Assembly (NCBI RefSeq): GCF_051903065.1
Contig: NZ_CP178438.1
Strand: one strand, 5' to 3'
DNA from: Escherichia coli
GTDB taxonomy: Bacteria > Pseudomonadota > Gammaproteobacteria > Enterobacterales > Enterobacteriaceae
DNA length: 64,000 bases
A model generated the notes under the pieces. The model did not search any database. It had not been told where the DNA came from and saw nothing but the letters and a program-made list of their open reading frames with translations. Shown here piece by piece: positions 54,145-64,000 of the stretch (positions are counted from its first letter, which is position 1; every line of letters begins with the position of its first letter). A program made the position numbers and the translations under genes.

Positions 54145-54829
54145 ACAAGTGATGCCGGTTAAGCTGGCGCAGGCGCTGGCGAATCCGTTATTTCCGGCGC
54201 TGGACAGCGCCTTACGTTCAGGCCGCCATATTGGCCTCGACGAACTGGATAATCATGCATTCCTGATGGATTTTCAGGAATATCTGGAAGAGTTTTACGC
54301 GCGTTATAACGTTGAGCTTATTCGTGCACCGGAAGGGTTCTTCTATTTACGTCCACGTTCCACCACGCTGATCCCTCGTTCCGTCTTGTCGGAACTGGAT
54401 ATGATGGTCGGGAAAATCCTCTGCTATCTCTATCTCAGCCCGGAACGGCTGGCGAATGAGGGGATTTTTACTCAACAGGAACTGTACGACGAACTGCTCA
54501 CCTTGGCCGATGAAGCGAAACTGCTGAAACTGGTGAACAACCGTTCAACCGGTTCAGACGTTGACCGTCAGAAGTTGCAGGAAAAAGTACGTTCTTCGCT
54601 CAACCGTCTGCGTCGTTTAGGCATGGTGTGGTTTATGGGCCACGACAGCAGCAAGTTCCGCATTACCGAATCGGTGTTCCGCTTCGGAGCCGATGTGCGT
54701 GCTGGCGACGATCCCCGTGAAGCACAGCGTCGCCTGATTCGTGATGGCGAAGCAATGCCGATTGAAAATCATCTGCAACTCAACGATGAAACCGAAGAGA
54801 ATCAGCCAGATAGCGGAGAGGAAGAATAA
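54125..54829 (+). CDS. mukE: Condensin subunit MukE
   Basis: 234 aa from [16 protein letters not shown]; overlaps mukF 3' end. Confidence 0.93.
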
Positions 54830-57800
54830 TGATTGAACGCGGTAAATTTCGCTCACTGACGCTGATTAACTGGAACGGCTTTTTTGCCCGAACTTTTGAC
54901 CTTGACGAGCTGGTCACGACGCTTTCTGGCGGTAACGGGGCGGGTAAATCCACCACCATGGCGGCGTTCGTTACGGCGCTGATCCCCGACCTGACCCTGC
55001 TGCATTTCCGTAACACTACGGAAGCCGGGGCCACCAGCGGTTCGCGCGATAAAGGTCTGCACGGTAAGCTGAAAGCAGGTGTCTGTTATTCGATGCTCGA
55101 CACCATTAACTCGCGCCACCAGCGCGTGGTGGTCGGTGTGCGTCTGCAACAGGTTGCCGGACGCGATCGTAAAGTGGATATCAAACCATTTGCCATTCAG
55201 GGACTGCCGATGTCGGTGCAGCCGACACAGCTGGTGACCGAAACTCTGAACGAACGCCAGGCGCGCGTGCTGCCGCTTAACGAGCTGAAAGACAAGCTCG
55301 AGGCGATGGAAGGCGTGCAGTTTAAACAGTTCAACTCCATTACCGATTACCACTCGCTGATGTTCGATCTGGGCATCATCGCGCGTCGTCTGCGCTCCGC
55401 ATCTGACCGTAGCAAATTCTATCGTCTGATCGAAGCTTCGCTGTATGGCGGGATCTCCAGTGCCATTACCCGTTCTCTGCGCGACTACCTGTTGCCGGAA
55501 AACAGCGGCGTGCGTAAAGCGTTCCAGGACATGGAAGCGGCGCTGCGTGAAAACCGCATGACGCTGGAAGCGATTCGTGTCACCCAATCGGACCGTGACC
55601 TGTTTAAGCATCTGATCAGCGAAGCTACCAACTACGTGGCGGCGGACTACATGCGTCACGCCAACGAGCGCCGTGTCCATCTCGACAAAGCGCTGGAGTT
55701 TCGTCGCGAGCTACATACTTCGCGTCAGCAACTGGCGGCTGAGCAGTACAAACACGTCGATATGGCGCGTGAGCTGGCAGAGCACAACGGTGCCGAAGGC
55801 GATCTGGAAGCGGATTATCAGGCGGCCAGCGATCACCTGAACCTGGTGCAAACCGCACTGCGTCAGCAGGAGAAGATCGAACGCTACGAAGCGGATCTCG
55901 ATGAGCTGCAGATCCGTCTGGAAGAGCAAAACGAAGTGGTGGCAGAAGCCATCGAACGCCAGGAAGAGAACGAGGCTCGTGCGGAAGCTGCCGAACTGGA
56001 AGTGGACGAGCTGAAAAGCCAGCTTGCTGACTACCAGCAGGCGCTGGACGTCCAGCAAACGCGCGCGATCCAGTATAACCAGGCGATTGCTGCGCTTAAT
56101 CGTGCCAAAGAACTGTGCCATCTGCCGGACTTAACCGCCGACAGCGCCGCCGAATGGCTGGAAACCTTCCAGGCGAAAGAGCTGGAAGCGACTGAAAAAA
56201 TGCTCTCTCTTGAGCAGAAAATGAGCATGGCGCAAACCGCGCACAGCCAGTTTGAGCAGGCTTATCAGCTGGTGGTGGCAATCAACGGCCCGCTGGCGCG
56301 TAACGAGGCGTGGGATGTCGCCCGCGAACTGCTGCGCGAAGGGGTCGAGCAGCGTCACCTGGCAGATCAGGTTCAACCGTTGCGGATGCGCTTAAGTGAA
56401 CTGGAACAGCGTCTGCGCGAGCAGCAAGAAGCCGAACGCCTGCTGGCAGATTTCTGCAAACGTCAGGGCAAGAATTTTGATATCGACGAACTGGAAGCCC
56501 TGCATCAGGAGCTGGAAGCGCGTATTGCCTCTCTTTCCGATAGCGTGTCTAACGCCCGCGAAGAGCGTATGGCACTGCGCCAGGAGCAGGAACAGCTGCA
56601 GTCTCGCATTCAGAGTTTGATGCAGCGTGCACCGGTTTGGCTGGCAGCGCAAAACAGTCTCAACCAGTTGAGTGAACAGTGCGGCGAAGAGTTCTCCTCC
56701 AGCCAGGACGTCACTGAATATCTGCAACAGTTGCTGGAGCGTGAGCGCGAGGCGATTGTTGAACGCGATGAAGTAGGCGCGCGCAAAAACGCCGTCGATG
56801 AAGAGATCGAACGTTTAAGCCAGCCTGGCGGCTCTGAAGATCAGCGTCTGAACGCGCTGGCGGAGCGTTTTGGTGGTGTGCTGCTGTCAGAAATTTATGA
56901 TGACGTTAGCCTGGAAGATGCGCCGTACTTCTCAGCGCTGTATGGCCCGTCACGCCACGCCATCGTGGTGCCAGATCTATCACAGGTAACTGAACACCTG
57001 GAGGGCTTGACCGATTGCCCGGAAGATCTCTATTTGATCGAAGGGGATCCGCAGTCATTCGATGACAGCGTGTTCAGCGTTGATGAGCTGGAAAAAGCGG
57101 TGGTGGTGAAAATCGCCGATCGTCAGTGGCGTTATTCACGTTTCCCGGAAGTGCCGCTGTTTGGTCGTGCTGCGCGTGAAAGCCGTATTGAAAGCCTCCA
57201 TGCCGAGCGTGAAGTGCTTTCCGAACGCTTCGCCACGCTCTCCTTTGATGTACAGAAAACTCAGCGTCTGCATCAGGCGTTCAGCCGCTTTATCGGCAGT
57301 CATCTGGCGGTGGCGTTTGAGTCTGACCCGGAAGCAGAAATCCGTCAACTGAACAGCCGTCGCGTCGAACTGGAGCGGGCGTTGAGTAATCATGAAAATG
57401 ATAACCAGCAGCAGCGTATTCAGTTTGAGCAGGCGAAAGAGGGCGTTACGGCGCTGAACCGCATTCTGCCGCGTCTCAACCTGTTGGCTGATGACAGCCT
57501 GGCGGATCGCGTCGATGAAATCCGCGAACGTCTGGATGAAGCCCAGGAAGCCGCGCGTTTTGTTCAGCAGTTTGGCAATCAACTGGCGAAACTGGAACCG
57601 ATCGTTTCGGTATTGCAGAGCGACCCGGAACAGTTCGAACAGTTAAAAGAAGATTACGCGTACTCTCAGCAGATGCAGCGCGATGCCCGTCAGCAGGCGT
57701 TTGCCCTGACGGAAGTGGTGCAGCGTCGTGCGCACTTTAGCTATTCTGACTCGGCAGAAATGCTTAGCGGTAACAGCGATCTCAACGAAAAACTGCGTGA

Positions 57801-59289
57801 ACGTCTGGAACAGGCGGAAGCGGAGCGTACCCGCGCTCGCGAAGCGTTGCGCGGTCACGCAGCGCAGTTGAGTCAGTACAACCAGGTGCTGGCTTCGCTG
57901 AAAAGTTCTTACGACACCAAAAAAGAGCTACTCAACGATCTGCAACGTGAATTGCAGGATATCGGCGTGCGTGCTGATAGCGGGGCAGAAGAGCGGGCAC
58001 GTATTCGCCGTGACGAGCTGCATGCACAACTGAGCAATAACCGTTCGCGCCGCAATCAACTGGAAAAAGCGCTCACCTTCTGCGAAGCGGAGATGGACAA
58101 CCTGACCCGCAAACTGCGCAAGCTGGAGCGTGATTACTTTGAGATGCGCGAGCAGGTAGTGACCGCGAAAGCGGGCTGGTGTGCAGTCATGCGCATGGTG
58201 AAAGATAACGGCGTTGAACGCCGCTTACACCGTCGTGAGCTGGCTTATCTCTCCGCTGATGATTTGCGTTCCATGTCGGATAAGGCGTTAGGTGCGCTGC
58301 GTCTGGCGGTGGCGGATAACGAACATCTGCGCGACGTGCTGCGCATGTCGGAAGATCCGAAACGTCCGGAGCGTAAAATTCAGTTCTTCGTGGCGGTTTA
58401 TCAGCATCTGCGTGAACGTATTCGTCAGGATATTATTCGTACCGATGATCCGGTGGAAGCTATCGAACAGATGGAGATCGAACTTAGCCGTCTGACCGAA
58501 GAATTAACCTCCCGTGAACAGAAACTGGCGATCAGTTCCCGCAGCGTGGCGAACATCATTCGCAAAACCATTCAGCGCGAGCAGAACCGTATCCGTATGC
58601 TCAACCAGGGGTTGCAGAACGTATCGTTTGGTCAGGTGAACAGCGTGCGCCTCAACGTGAACGTGCGTGAAACACACGCCATGCTGCTGGATGTGCTCTC
58701 TGAACAGCATGAGCAGCATCAGGATCTGTTTAACAGCAACCGTCTGACCTTCTCGGAAGCGCTGGCGAAATTGTATCAGCGTCTTAATCCGCAGATTGAT
58801 ATGGGGCAGCGCACGCCGCAGACCATTGGCGAAGAACTGCTGGATTACCGCAACTATCTGGAAATGGAAGTTGAGGTTAACCGTGGTTCCGATGGCTGGT
58901 TGCGCGCAGAGTCTGGTGCATTGTCGACCGGTGAGGCGATTGGTACCGGTATGTCGATTCTGGTGATGGTGGTACAAAGCTGGGAAGATGAATCTCGCCG
59001 CCTGCGCGGTAAAGATATCTCTCCTTGCCGCCTGCTGTTCCTCGATGAAGCAGCGCGACTGGATGCTCGTTCTATCGCCACGCTGTTTGAATTGTGTGAA
59101 CGTTTGCAAATGCAGCTCATCATCGCAGCGCCGGAAAATATCAGCCCGGAGAAAGGCACCACCTATAAACTGGTGCGTAAAGTCTTCCAGAATACCGAAC
59201 ACGTTCACGTCGTCGGCCTGCGAGGATTTGCGCCGCAACTCCCTGAAACGCTTCCAGGAAGTGACGAAGCGCCTTCTCAGGCGAGTTAA
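54829..59289 (+). CDS. mukB: Condensin SMC-like ATPase MukB
   Basis: 1486 aa; Walker [10 protein letters not shown]; long coiled coils. Confidence 0.98.
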   Translation: MIERGKFRSLTLINWNGFFARTFDLDELVTTLSGGNGAGKSTTMAAFVTALIPDLTLLHFRNTTEAGATSGSRDKGLHGKLKAGVCYSMLDTINSRHQRVVVGVRLQQVAGRDRKVDIKPFAIQGLPMSVQPTQLVTETLNERQARVLPLNELKDKLEAMEGVQFKQFNSITDYHSLMFDLGIIARRLRSASDRSKFYRLIEASLYGGISSAITRSLRDYLLPENSGVRKAFQDMEAALRENRMTLEAIRVTQSDRDLFKHLISEATNYVAADYMRHANERRVHLDKALEFRRELHTSRQQLAAEQYKHVDMARELAEHNGAEGDLEADYQAASDHLNLVQTALRQQEKIERYEADLDELQIRLEEQNEVVAEAIERQEENEARAEAAELEVDELKSQLADYQQALDVQQTRAIQYNQAIAALNRAKELCHLPDLTADSAAEWLETFQAKELEATEKMLSLEQKMSMAQTAHSQFEQAYQLVVAINGPLARNEAWDVARELLREGVEQRHLADQVQPLRMRLSELEQRLREQQEAERLLADFCKRQGKNFDIDELEALHQELEARIASLSDSVSNAREERMALRQEQEQLQSRIQSLMQRAPVWLAAQNSLNQLSEQCGEEFSSSQDVTEYLQQLLEREREAIVERDEVGARKNAVDEEIERLSQPGGSEDQRLNALAERFGGVLLSEIYDDVSLEDAPYFSALYGPSRHAIVVPDLSQVTEHLEGLTDCPEDLYLIEGDPQSFDDSVFSVDELEKAVVVKIADRQWRYSRFPEVPLFGRAARESRIESLHAEREVLSERFATLSFDVQKTQRLHQAFSRFIGSHLAVAFESDPEAEIRQLNSRRVELERALSNHENDNQQQRIQFEQAKEGVTALNRILPRLNLLADDSLADRVDEIRERLDEAQEAARFVQQFGNQLAKLEPIVSVLQSDPEQFEQLKEDYAYSQQMQRDARQQAFALTEVVQRRAHFSYSDSAEMLSGNSDLNEKLRERLEQAEAERTRAREALRGHAAQLSQYNQVLASLKSSYDTKKELLNDLQRELQDIGVRADSGAEERARIRRDELHAQLSNNRSRRNQLEKALTFCEAEMDNLTRKLRKLERDYFEMREQVVTAKAGWCAVMRMVKDNGVERRLHRRELAYLSADDLRSMSDKALGALRLAVADNEHLRDVLRMSEDPKRPERKIQFFVAVYQHLRERIRQDIIRTDDPVEAIEQMEIELSRLTEELTSREQKLAISSRSVANIIRKTIQREQNRIRMLNQGLQNVSFGQVNSVRLNVNVRETHAMLLDVLSEQHEQHQDLFNSNRLTFSEALAKLYQRLNPQIDMGQRTPQTIGEELLDYRNYLEMEVEVNRGSDGWLRAESGALSTGEAIGTGMSILVMVVQSWEDESRRLRGKDISPCRLLFLDEAARLDARSIATLFELCERLQMQLIIAAPENISPEKGTTYKLVRKVFQNTEHVHVVGLRGFAPQLPETLPGSDEAPSQAS

Positions 59290-59290
59290 A

Positions 59291-59325
59291 ATTAAGGCGG
59301 CAGCAATGCCGCCTTTTCTTTTTCC
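59291..59325 (+). terminator. Rho-independent terminator after mukB
   Basis: GGCGGCA-GCAA-TGCCGCC followed by TTTTCTTTTT. Confidence 0.7.
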
Positions 59326-59549
59326 GAAAACTCCGTTTCTGCACTAAAAAAGTGGCACATTACGGCGCGCTTTTCTTTAAACTTCTTTACATTAGGTTAT
59401 GTAAAAACGTATCGGCGTTTATATACTGAAGATAAGCCTGATGAGTAACAGGCTTGCTCGTCATACTTTCGTGAGTATTGGCGTTGTACAGGCAAGTCGT
59501 AAAATAACAGCCTGGCTATTCAGAGTATGATAAAAACAGGGGGCAAGGG

Positions 59550-61397
59550 ATGTTGCTTAATATGATGTGTGGTCGTCGGCTGTCGGCAATCAGTTTGTGC
59601 CTGGCCGTAACATTCGCTCCACTGTTCAATGCGCAGGCCGATGAGCCTGAAGTAATCCCTGGCGACAGCCCGGTGGCTGTCAGTGAACAGGGCGAGGCAC
59701 TGCCGCAGGCGCAAGCCACGGCAATAATGGCGGGGATCCTGCCATTGCCTGAAGGTGCGGCAGAAAAAGCCCGCACGCAAATCGAATCTCAATTACCCGC
59801 AGGTTACAAGCCGGTTTATCTTAACCAGCTTCAACTGTTGTATGCCGCACGCGATATGCAACCCATGTGGGAAAACCGTGATGCTGTTAAAGCCTTCCAG
59901 CAACAGCTGGCAGAGGTGGCGATTGCCGGTTTCCAGCCGCAGTTTAATAAATGGGTAGAGTTACTGACCGATCCTGGTGTTAACGGGATGGCACGCGACG
60001 TGGTGCTCTCTGATGCGATGATGGGCTATCTCCATTTCATTGCAAATATTCCGGTCAAAGGCACTCGCTGGCTATATAGCAGTAAACCTTATGCGCTTGC
60101 AACGCCGCCGCTTTCGGTGATTAACCAATGGCAGCAGGCGCTGGATAAAGGTCAATTGCCTACGTTTGTTGCAGGACTGGCACCGCAGCATCCGCAATAT
60201 GCGGCGATGCATGAATCGTTACTGGCCTTACTCAGTGACACCAAACCGTGGCCCCAACTGACCGGCAAAGCAACGTTGCGCCCAGGGCAGTGGAGTAACG
60301 ACGTACCGGCGTTGCGTGAAATATTGCAACGCACAGGCATGTTGGACGGGGGGCCGAAAATTACTCTACCTGGCGATGACACGCCAACTGACGCGGTAGT
60401 CAGCCCATCCGCTGTTACTGTTGAAACAGCAGAAACTAAGCCGATGGACAAGCAAACGACGTCTCGTAGTAAACCTGCGCCTGCCGTTCGTGCCGCCTAC
60501 GATAATGAACTGGTGGAAGCCGTTAAACGTTTTCAGGCATGGCAAGGATTGGGGGCAGATGGTGCTATTGGCCCGGCAACGCGGGACTGGTTAAACGTAA
60601 CGCCCGCCCAGCGTGCTGGCGTGTTGGCACTCAACATCCAGCGATTGCGCTTGCTGCCAACAGAGCTTTCTACCGGGATCATGGTTAACATTCCGGCCTA
60701 TTCGCTGGTCTACTATCAGAACGGCAATCAGGTGCTGGATTCGCGAGTCATTGTCGGTCGCCCCGATCGCAAAACGCCGATGATGAGCAGTGCCCTTAAC
60801 AACGTAGTGGTAAACCCGCCGTGGAACGTACCACCAACTCTGGCACGCAAAGATATTCTGCCGAAAGTGCGCAACGATCCGGGATATCTCGAAAGCCATG
60901 GCTATACGGTGATGCGCGGCTGGAACAGCAGTGAAGCGATTGACCCATGGCAGGTTGACTGGTCTACAATCACGGCCTCGAATTTACCGTTTCGCTTCCA
61001 GCAGGCTCCAGGCCCACGGAACTCGCTGGGGCGCTATAAATTCAATATGCCGAGTTCAGAGGCCATTTATTTGCATGACACGCCGAACCACAATCTGTTC
61101 AAGCGTGATACACGCGCATTGAGCTCAGGCTGTGTACGAGTGAATAAAGCTTCCGATCTGGCGAATATGCTGTTGCAGGATGCAGGCTGGAATGACAAAC
61201 GTATTTCTGATGCGCTGAAGCAGGGTGATACACGTTACGTCAATATTCGGCAGTCGATTCCGGTGAATCTCTACTACCTGACGGCCTTTGTTGGTGCAGA
61301 TGGTCGTACCCAGTATCGTACAGATATTTACAATTATGATCTGCCTGCGCGATCCAGCTCGCAAATCGTATCGAAAGCGGAACAATTAATCAGGTAA
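59550..61397 (+). CDS. ldtD: L,D-transpeptidase LdtD (YcbB)
   Basis: 615 aa, signal peptide, YkuD-type catalytic region near C-terminus (HDTP ... SSGCVR). Confidence 0.93.
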   Translation: MLLNMMCGRRLSAISLCLAVTFAPLFNAQADEPEVIPGDSPVAVSEQGEALPQAQATAIMAGILPLPEGAAEKARTQIESQLPAGYKPVYLNQLQLLYAARDMQPMWENRDAVKAFQQQLAEVAIAGFQPQFNKWVELLTDPGVNGMARDVVLSDAMMGYLHFIANIPVKGTRWLYSSKPYALATPPLSVINQWQQALDKGQLPTFVAGLAPQHPQYAAMHESLLALLSDTKPWPQLTGKATLRPGQWSNDVPALREILQRTGMLDGGPKITLPGDDTPTDAVVSPSAVTVETAETKPMDKQTTSRSKPAPAVRAAYDNELVEAVKRFQAWQGLGADGAIGPATRDWLNVTPAQRAGVLALNIQRLRLLPTELSTGIMVNIPAYSLVYYQNGNQVLDSRVIVGRPDRKTPMMSSALNNVVVNPPWNVPPTLARKDILPKVRNDPGYLESHGYTVMRGWNSSEAIDPWQVDWSTITASNLPFRFQQAPGPRNSLGRYKFNMPSSEAIYLHDTPNHNLFKRDTRALSSGCVRVNKASDLANMLLQDAGWNDKRISDALKQGDTRYVNIRQSIPVNLYYLTAFVGADGRTQYRTDIYNYDLPARSSSQIVSKAEQLIR

Positions 61398-61577
61398 ATG
61401 AAGTAGTTCGGGGAAATCAGTTGTCGTAATAATTAGCATGATTGGGGACAATTCTCTGCAGCCCCCGTCACTGCTGGGGTTGAGTCATCTTGACGTCTGC
61501 TTTACGGGCGGTTAAGGTGCCTCTTGTGCGCCAGAAGTGCATATAAACGATAACATTGACCTGTAGACTTGATTATC

Positions 61578-62126
61578 ATGGACAAATTCGACGCTAATCG
61601 CCGCAAATTGCTGGCGCTTGGTGGCGTTGCACTCGGTGCCGCCATCCTGCCGACCCCTGCGTTTGCAACACTCTCTACCCCACGCCCGCGCATTTTGACA
61701 CTCAATAATCTTCATACCGGAGAGTCAATCAAAGCGGAGTTTTTCGATGGCAGAGGCTATATTCAGGAAGAATTGGCAAAACTTAACCATTTTTTCCGCG
61801 ATTACCGCGCGAACAAAATAAAGTCCATCGACCCAGGATTATTCGACCAGTTGTATCGCCTGCAAGGGTTGTTAGGCACGCGCAAACCGGTGCAACTCAT
61901 TTCCGGTTATCGTTCCATTGATACCAACAATGAACTACGCGCCCGCAGCCGTGGAGTAGCGAAGAAAAGCTATCACACTAAAGGCCAGGCGATGGATTTC
62001 CATATTGAAGGTATCGCGTTAAGCAATATTCGCAAAGCCGCGTTATCTATGCGCGCAGGTGGTGTAGGATATTACCCACGTAGTAACTTTGTGCATATTG
62101 ATACCGGGCCAGCACGGCACTGGTAG
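61578..62126 (+). CDS. mepK: Tat-exported M15 peptidase MepK (YcbK)
   Basis: 182 aa from MDKFDANRRKLLALGG (twin-arginine signal). Confidence 0.9.
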   Translation: MDKFDANRRKLLALGGVALGAAILPTPAFATLSTPRPRILTLNNLHTGESIKAEFFDGRGYIQEELAKLNHFFRDYRANKIKSIDPGLFDQLYRLQGLLGTRKPVQLISGYRSIDTNNELRARSRGVAKKSYHTKGQAMDFHIEGIALSNIRKAALSMRAGGVGYYPRSNFVHIDTGPARHW

Positions 62127-62152
62127 TAATTGCTTAACGAAACAGGGGCAGT

Positions 62153-62800
62153 ATGAACTATCGTATTATTCCGGTCACCGCATTCTCCCAGAACTGTTCA
62201 TTGATCTGGTGTGAACAAACCCGCCTGGCCGCACTGGTCGATCCTGGCGGCGATGCGGAAAAAATCAAACAGGAAGTTGATGACAGCGGCCTGACACTGA
62301 TGCAGATCCTGCTGACGCATGGTCATCTGGACCACGTTGGCGCAGCGGCGGAACTGGCGCAACATTACGGCGTGCCGGTTTTTGGTCCGGAAAAAGAAGA
62401 TGAGTTCTGGCTGCAAGGCTTGCCTGCGCAAAGTCGTATGTTTGGTCTGGAAGAGTGCCAGCCGCTGACGCCAGATCGTTGGCTGAACGAAGGCGATACC
62501 ATCAGCATAGGGAATGTGACTTTACAGGTGTTACATTGCCCTGGGCATACGCCGGGTCATGTCGTGTTTTTTGATGATCGGGCAAAGCTGCTGATTTCTG
62601 GCGATGTTATTTTCAAAGGCGGAGTAGGGCGCAGTGACTTCCCGCGTGGCGATCATAATCAACTGATTTCTTCAATCAAAGATAAGTTGCTGCCACTGGG
62701 GGATGACGTGACATTTATTCCGGGTCACGGACCATTATCCACACTTGGTTATGAGCGCCTGCATAATCCCTTCCTGCAAGACGAAATGCCCGTCTGGTAA
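62153..62800 (+). CDS. gloC: Hydroxyacylglutathione hydrolase GloC (YcbL), MBL fold
   Basis: 215 aa; THGHLDH motif. Confidence 0.92.
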   Translation: MNYRIIPVTAFSQNCSLIWCEQTRLAALVDPGGDAEKIKQEVDDSGLTLMQILLTHGHLDHVGAAAELAQHYGVPVFGPEKEDEFWLQGLPAQSRMFGLEECQPLTPDRWLNEGDTISIGNVTLQVLHCPGHTPGHVVFFDDRAKLLISGDVIFKGGVGRSDFPRGDHNQLISSIKDKLLPLGDDVTFIPGHGPLSTLGYERLHNPFLQDEMPVW

Positions 62801-62809
62801 AGGCGCATA

Positions 62810-62845
62810 AAAAAGCCCGCTTTTCAGCGGGCTTCATTGTTTTTA
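62810..62845. terminator. Bidirectional terminator between gloC and aspC
   Basis: AAAAAAGCCCGC-TTTTCA-GCGGGCTTCATTGTTTTT. Confidence 0.7.
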
Positions 62846-62849
62846 ACGC

Positions 62850-64000
62850 TTACAGCACTGCCACAATCGCTTCGCACAGCGGAGCCATATTATCTGGTGT
62901 CATCCCGGCCACGTTTACGCGACCAGAAGCAACAGCATACACGCCAAACTCTTCGCGCAGACGCAGCACTTGTTCTTTTGTCAGGCCACTGAAGGAGAAC
63001 ATGCCGTTCTGTTTGATGATAAAGCTGAAGTCGCGGTTTGCGCCTTTTTCCTGCAGCGTATTGACGAACAACTGACGCATACGCTGAATACGCTGGCGCA
63101 TATCAGTCAGCTCTTGTTCCCAAATCGCACGTAACGCATCGTTGCTCAGGATGGTGGCAACAACAGAAGCGCCGTGTGCTGGTGGGTTAGAGTAGTTAGC
63201 GCGAATCGCCGCTTTCATTTGGCTGAATGCGCGATCAACGGTTTCACTGTCGGCAGCAACCAGAGTACAAGCGCCAACACGCTCGTTGTACAGGCCAAAG
63301 TTTTTAGAGTAGGAACTGGCAACAATCAGCTCTTTATGCATAGCCGCGAAAGCGCGCAGTCCTTCAGCATCTTCTTCCAGACCACGGGCAAAACCCTGGT
63401 AAGCGAAGTCAAACAGCGGTAACCAGCCTTTCTCAACGGAGAGTTGTGCCAGTGTCTGCCATTGTTCCAGCGTAGGGTCGATACCGGTTGGGTTGTGGCA
63501 GCAGCCATGGAACAGCACTACGTCGCCAGCCTGAGCTTCGTTCAGGCTGTTAATCAGTGCATCGAAGTCAAGGGTGTGGTTTTCCGCATCATAATAAGCG
63601 TATTCACGAACTTCCAGACCTGCAGAGTTAAAGACGCTCTTATGGTTCGGCCAGCTTGGGTTGCTCACCCACACTCGCTTAACGCTGGTATTTTTTGCCA
63701 GGAAATCGGCAGCTACGCGTAGTGCGCCAGTGCCACCCGGAGTCTGTGCCGTGCGAGCACGTTTGTCATTGATCAGGGCGCTACCTTTACCAAACAGCAG
63801 TTCCTGAGTGCAGCGACCAAATTCAGGGATGCCGTCAATGCCGAGGTAATTTTTGGTGGTTTCATTTTCGAGCAGATACTGTTCAGCCTTTTTCACGCTG
63901 GTCAGTACCGGGGTTTTGCCCGTCTCATCTTTATAGACACCAATCCCGAGGTTAATTTTGCCGGGACGTTCATCGGCACGAAACAGATCGGCCAGGCCCA
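62850..64000 (-). CDS. aspC: Aspartate aminotransferase (partial; N-terminus beyond window end)
   Basis: C-terminal ~383 aa of AspC ending ...CEAIVAVL; reading frame open to window edge. Confidence 0.95.
   Translation of the reverse strand, partial: GLADLFRADERPGKINLGIGVYKDETGKTPVLTSVKKAEQYLLENETTKNYLGIDGIPEFGRCTQELLFGKGSALINDKRARTAQTPGGTGALRVAADFLAKNTSVKRVWVSNPSWPNHKSVFNSAGLEVREYAYYDAENHTLDFDALINSLNEAQAGDVVLFHGCCHNPTGIDPTLEQWQTLAQLSVEKGWLPLFDFAYQGFARGLEEDAEGLRAFAAMHKELIVASSYSKNFGLYNERVGACTLVAADSETVDRAFSQMKAAIRANYSNPPAHGASVVATILSNDALRAIWEQELTDMRQRIQRMRQLFVNTLQEKGANRDFSFIIKQNGMFSFSGLTKEQVLRLREEFGVYAVASGRVNVAGMTPDNMAPLCEAIVAVL

Overview
The window has two parts. Positions 1 to about 29,500 are the right-hand ~29.5 kb of an integrated P2-like (Peduovirus) prophage; positions ~29,700 to 64,000 are ordinary E. 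coli core chromosome. The prophage runs from replication gene A through the cos site, the capsid, lysis and tail genes, to ogr, and its backbone is very close to P2 by recalled protein sequence. The host part is pflB-focA-ycaO-ycaP-serC-aroA-ycaL-cmk-rpsA-ihfB-ycaI-msbA-lpxK-ycaQ-ycaR-kdsB-ycbJ-elyC-cmoM-mukFEB-ldtD-ycbK-gloC-aspC (aspC partial). The interesting content is three AT-rich cargo loci embedded in the GC-richer phage backbone: (1) a translationally coupled ATPase plus nuclease-like gene pair between A and cos/Q, (2) an HNH-motif gene between S and V, and (3) a HEPN-motif gene and a PD-(D/E)xK gene between G and FI. I read these as candidate anti-phage defence modules; the A-Q pair is the best candidate for an uncharacterised system (PARIS/AbiL-like architecture, effector family unresolved). 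I also note the P2 cos sequence, the E/E' -1 frameshift site, a motif shared by three late-promoter regions, and an in-frame TGA stop in host ycaI. All calls are from reading the sequence and recalled protein families; no database search was run.
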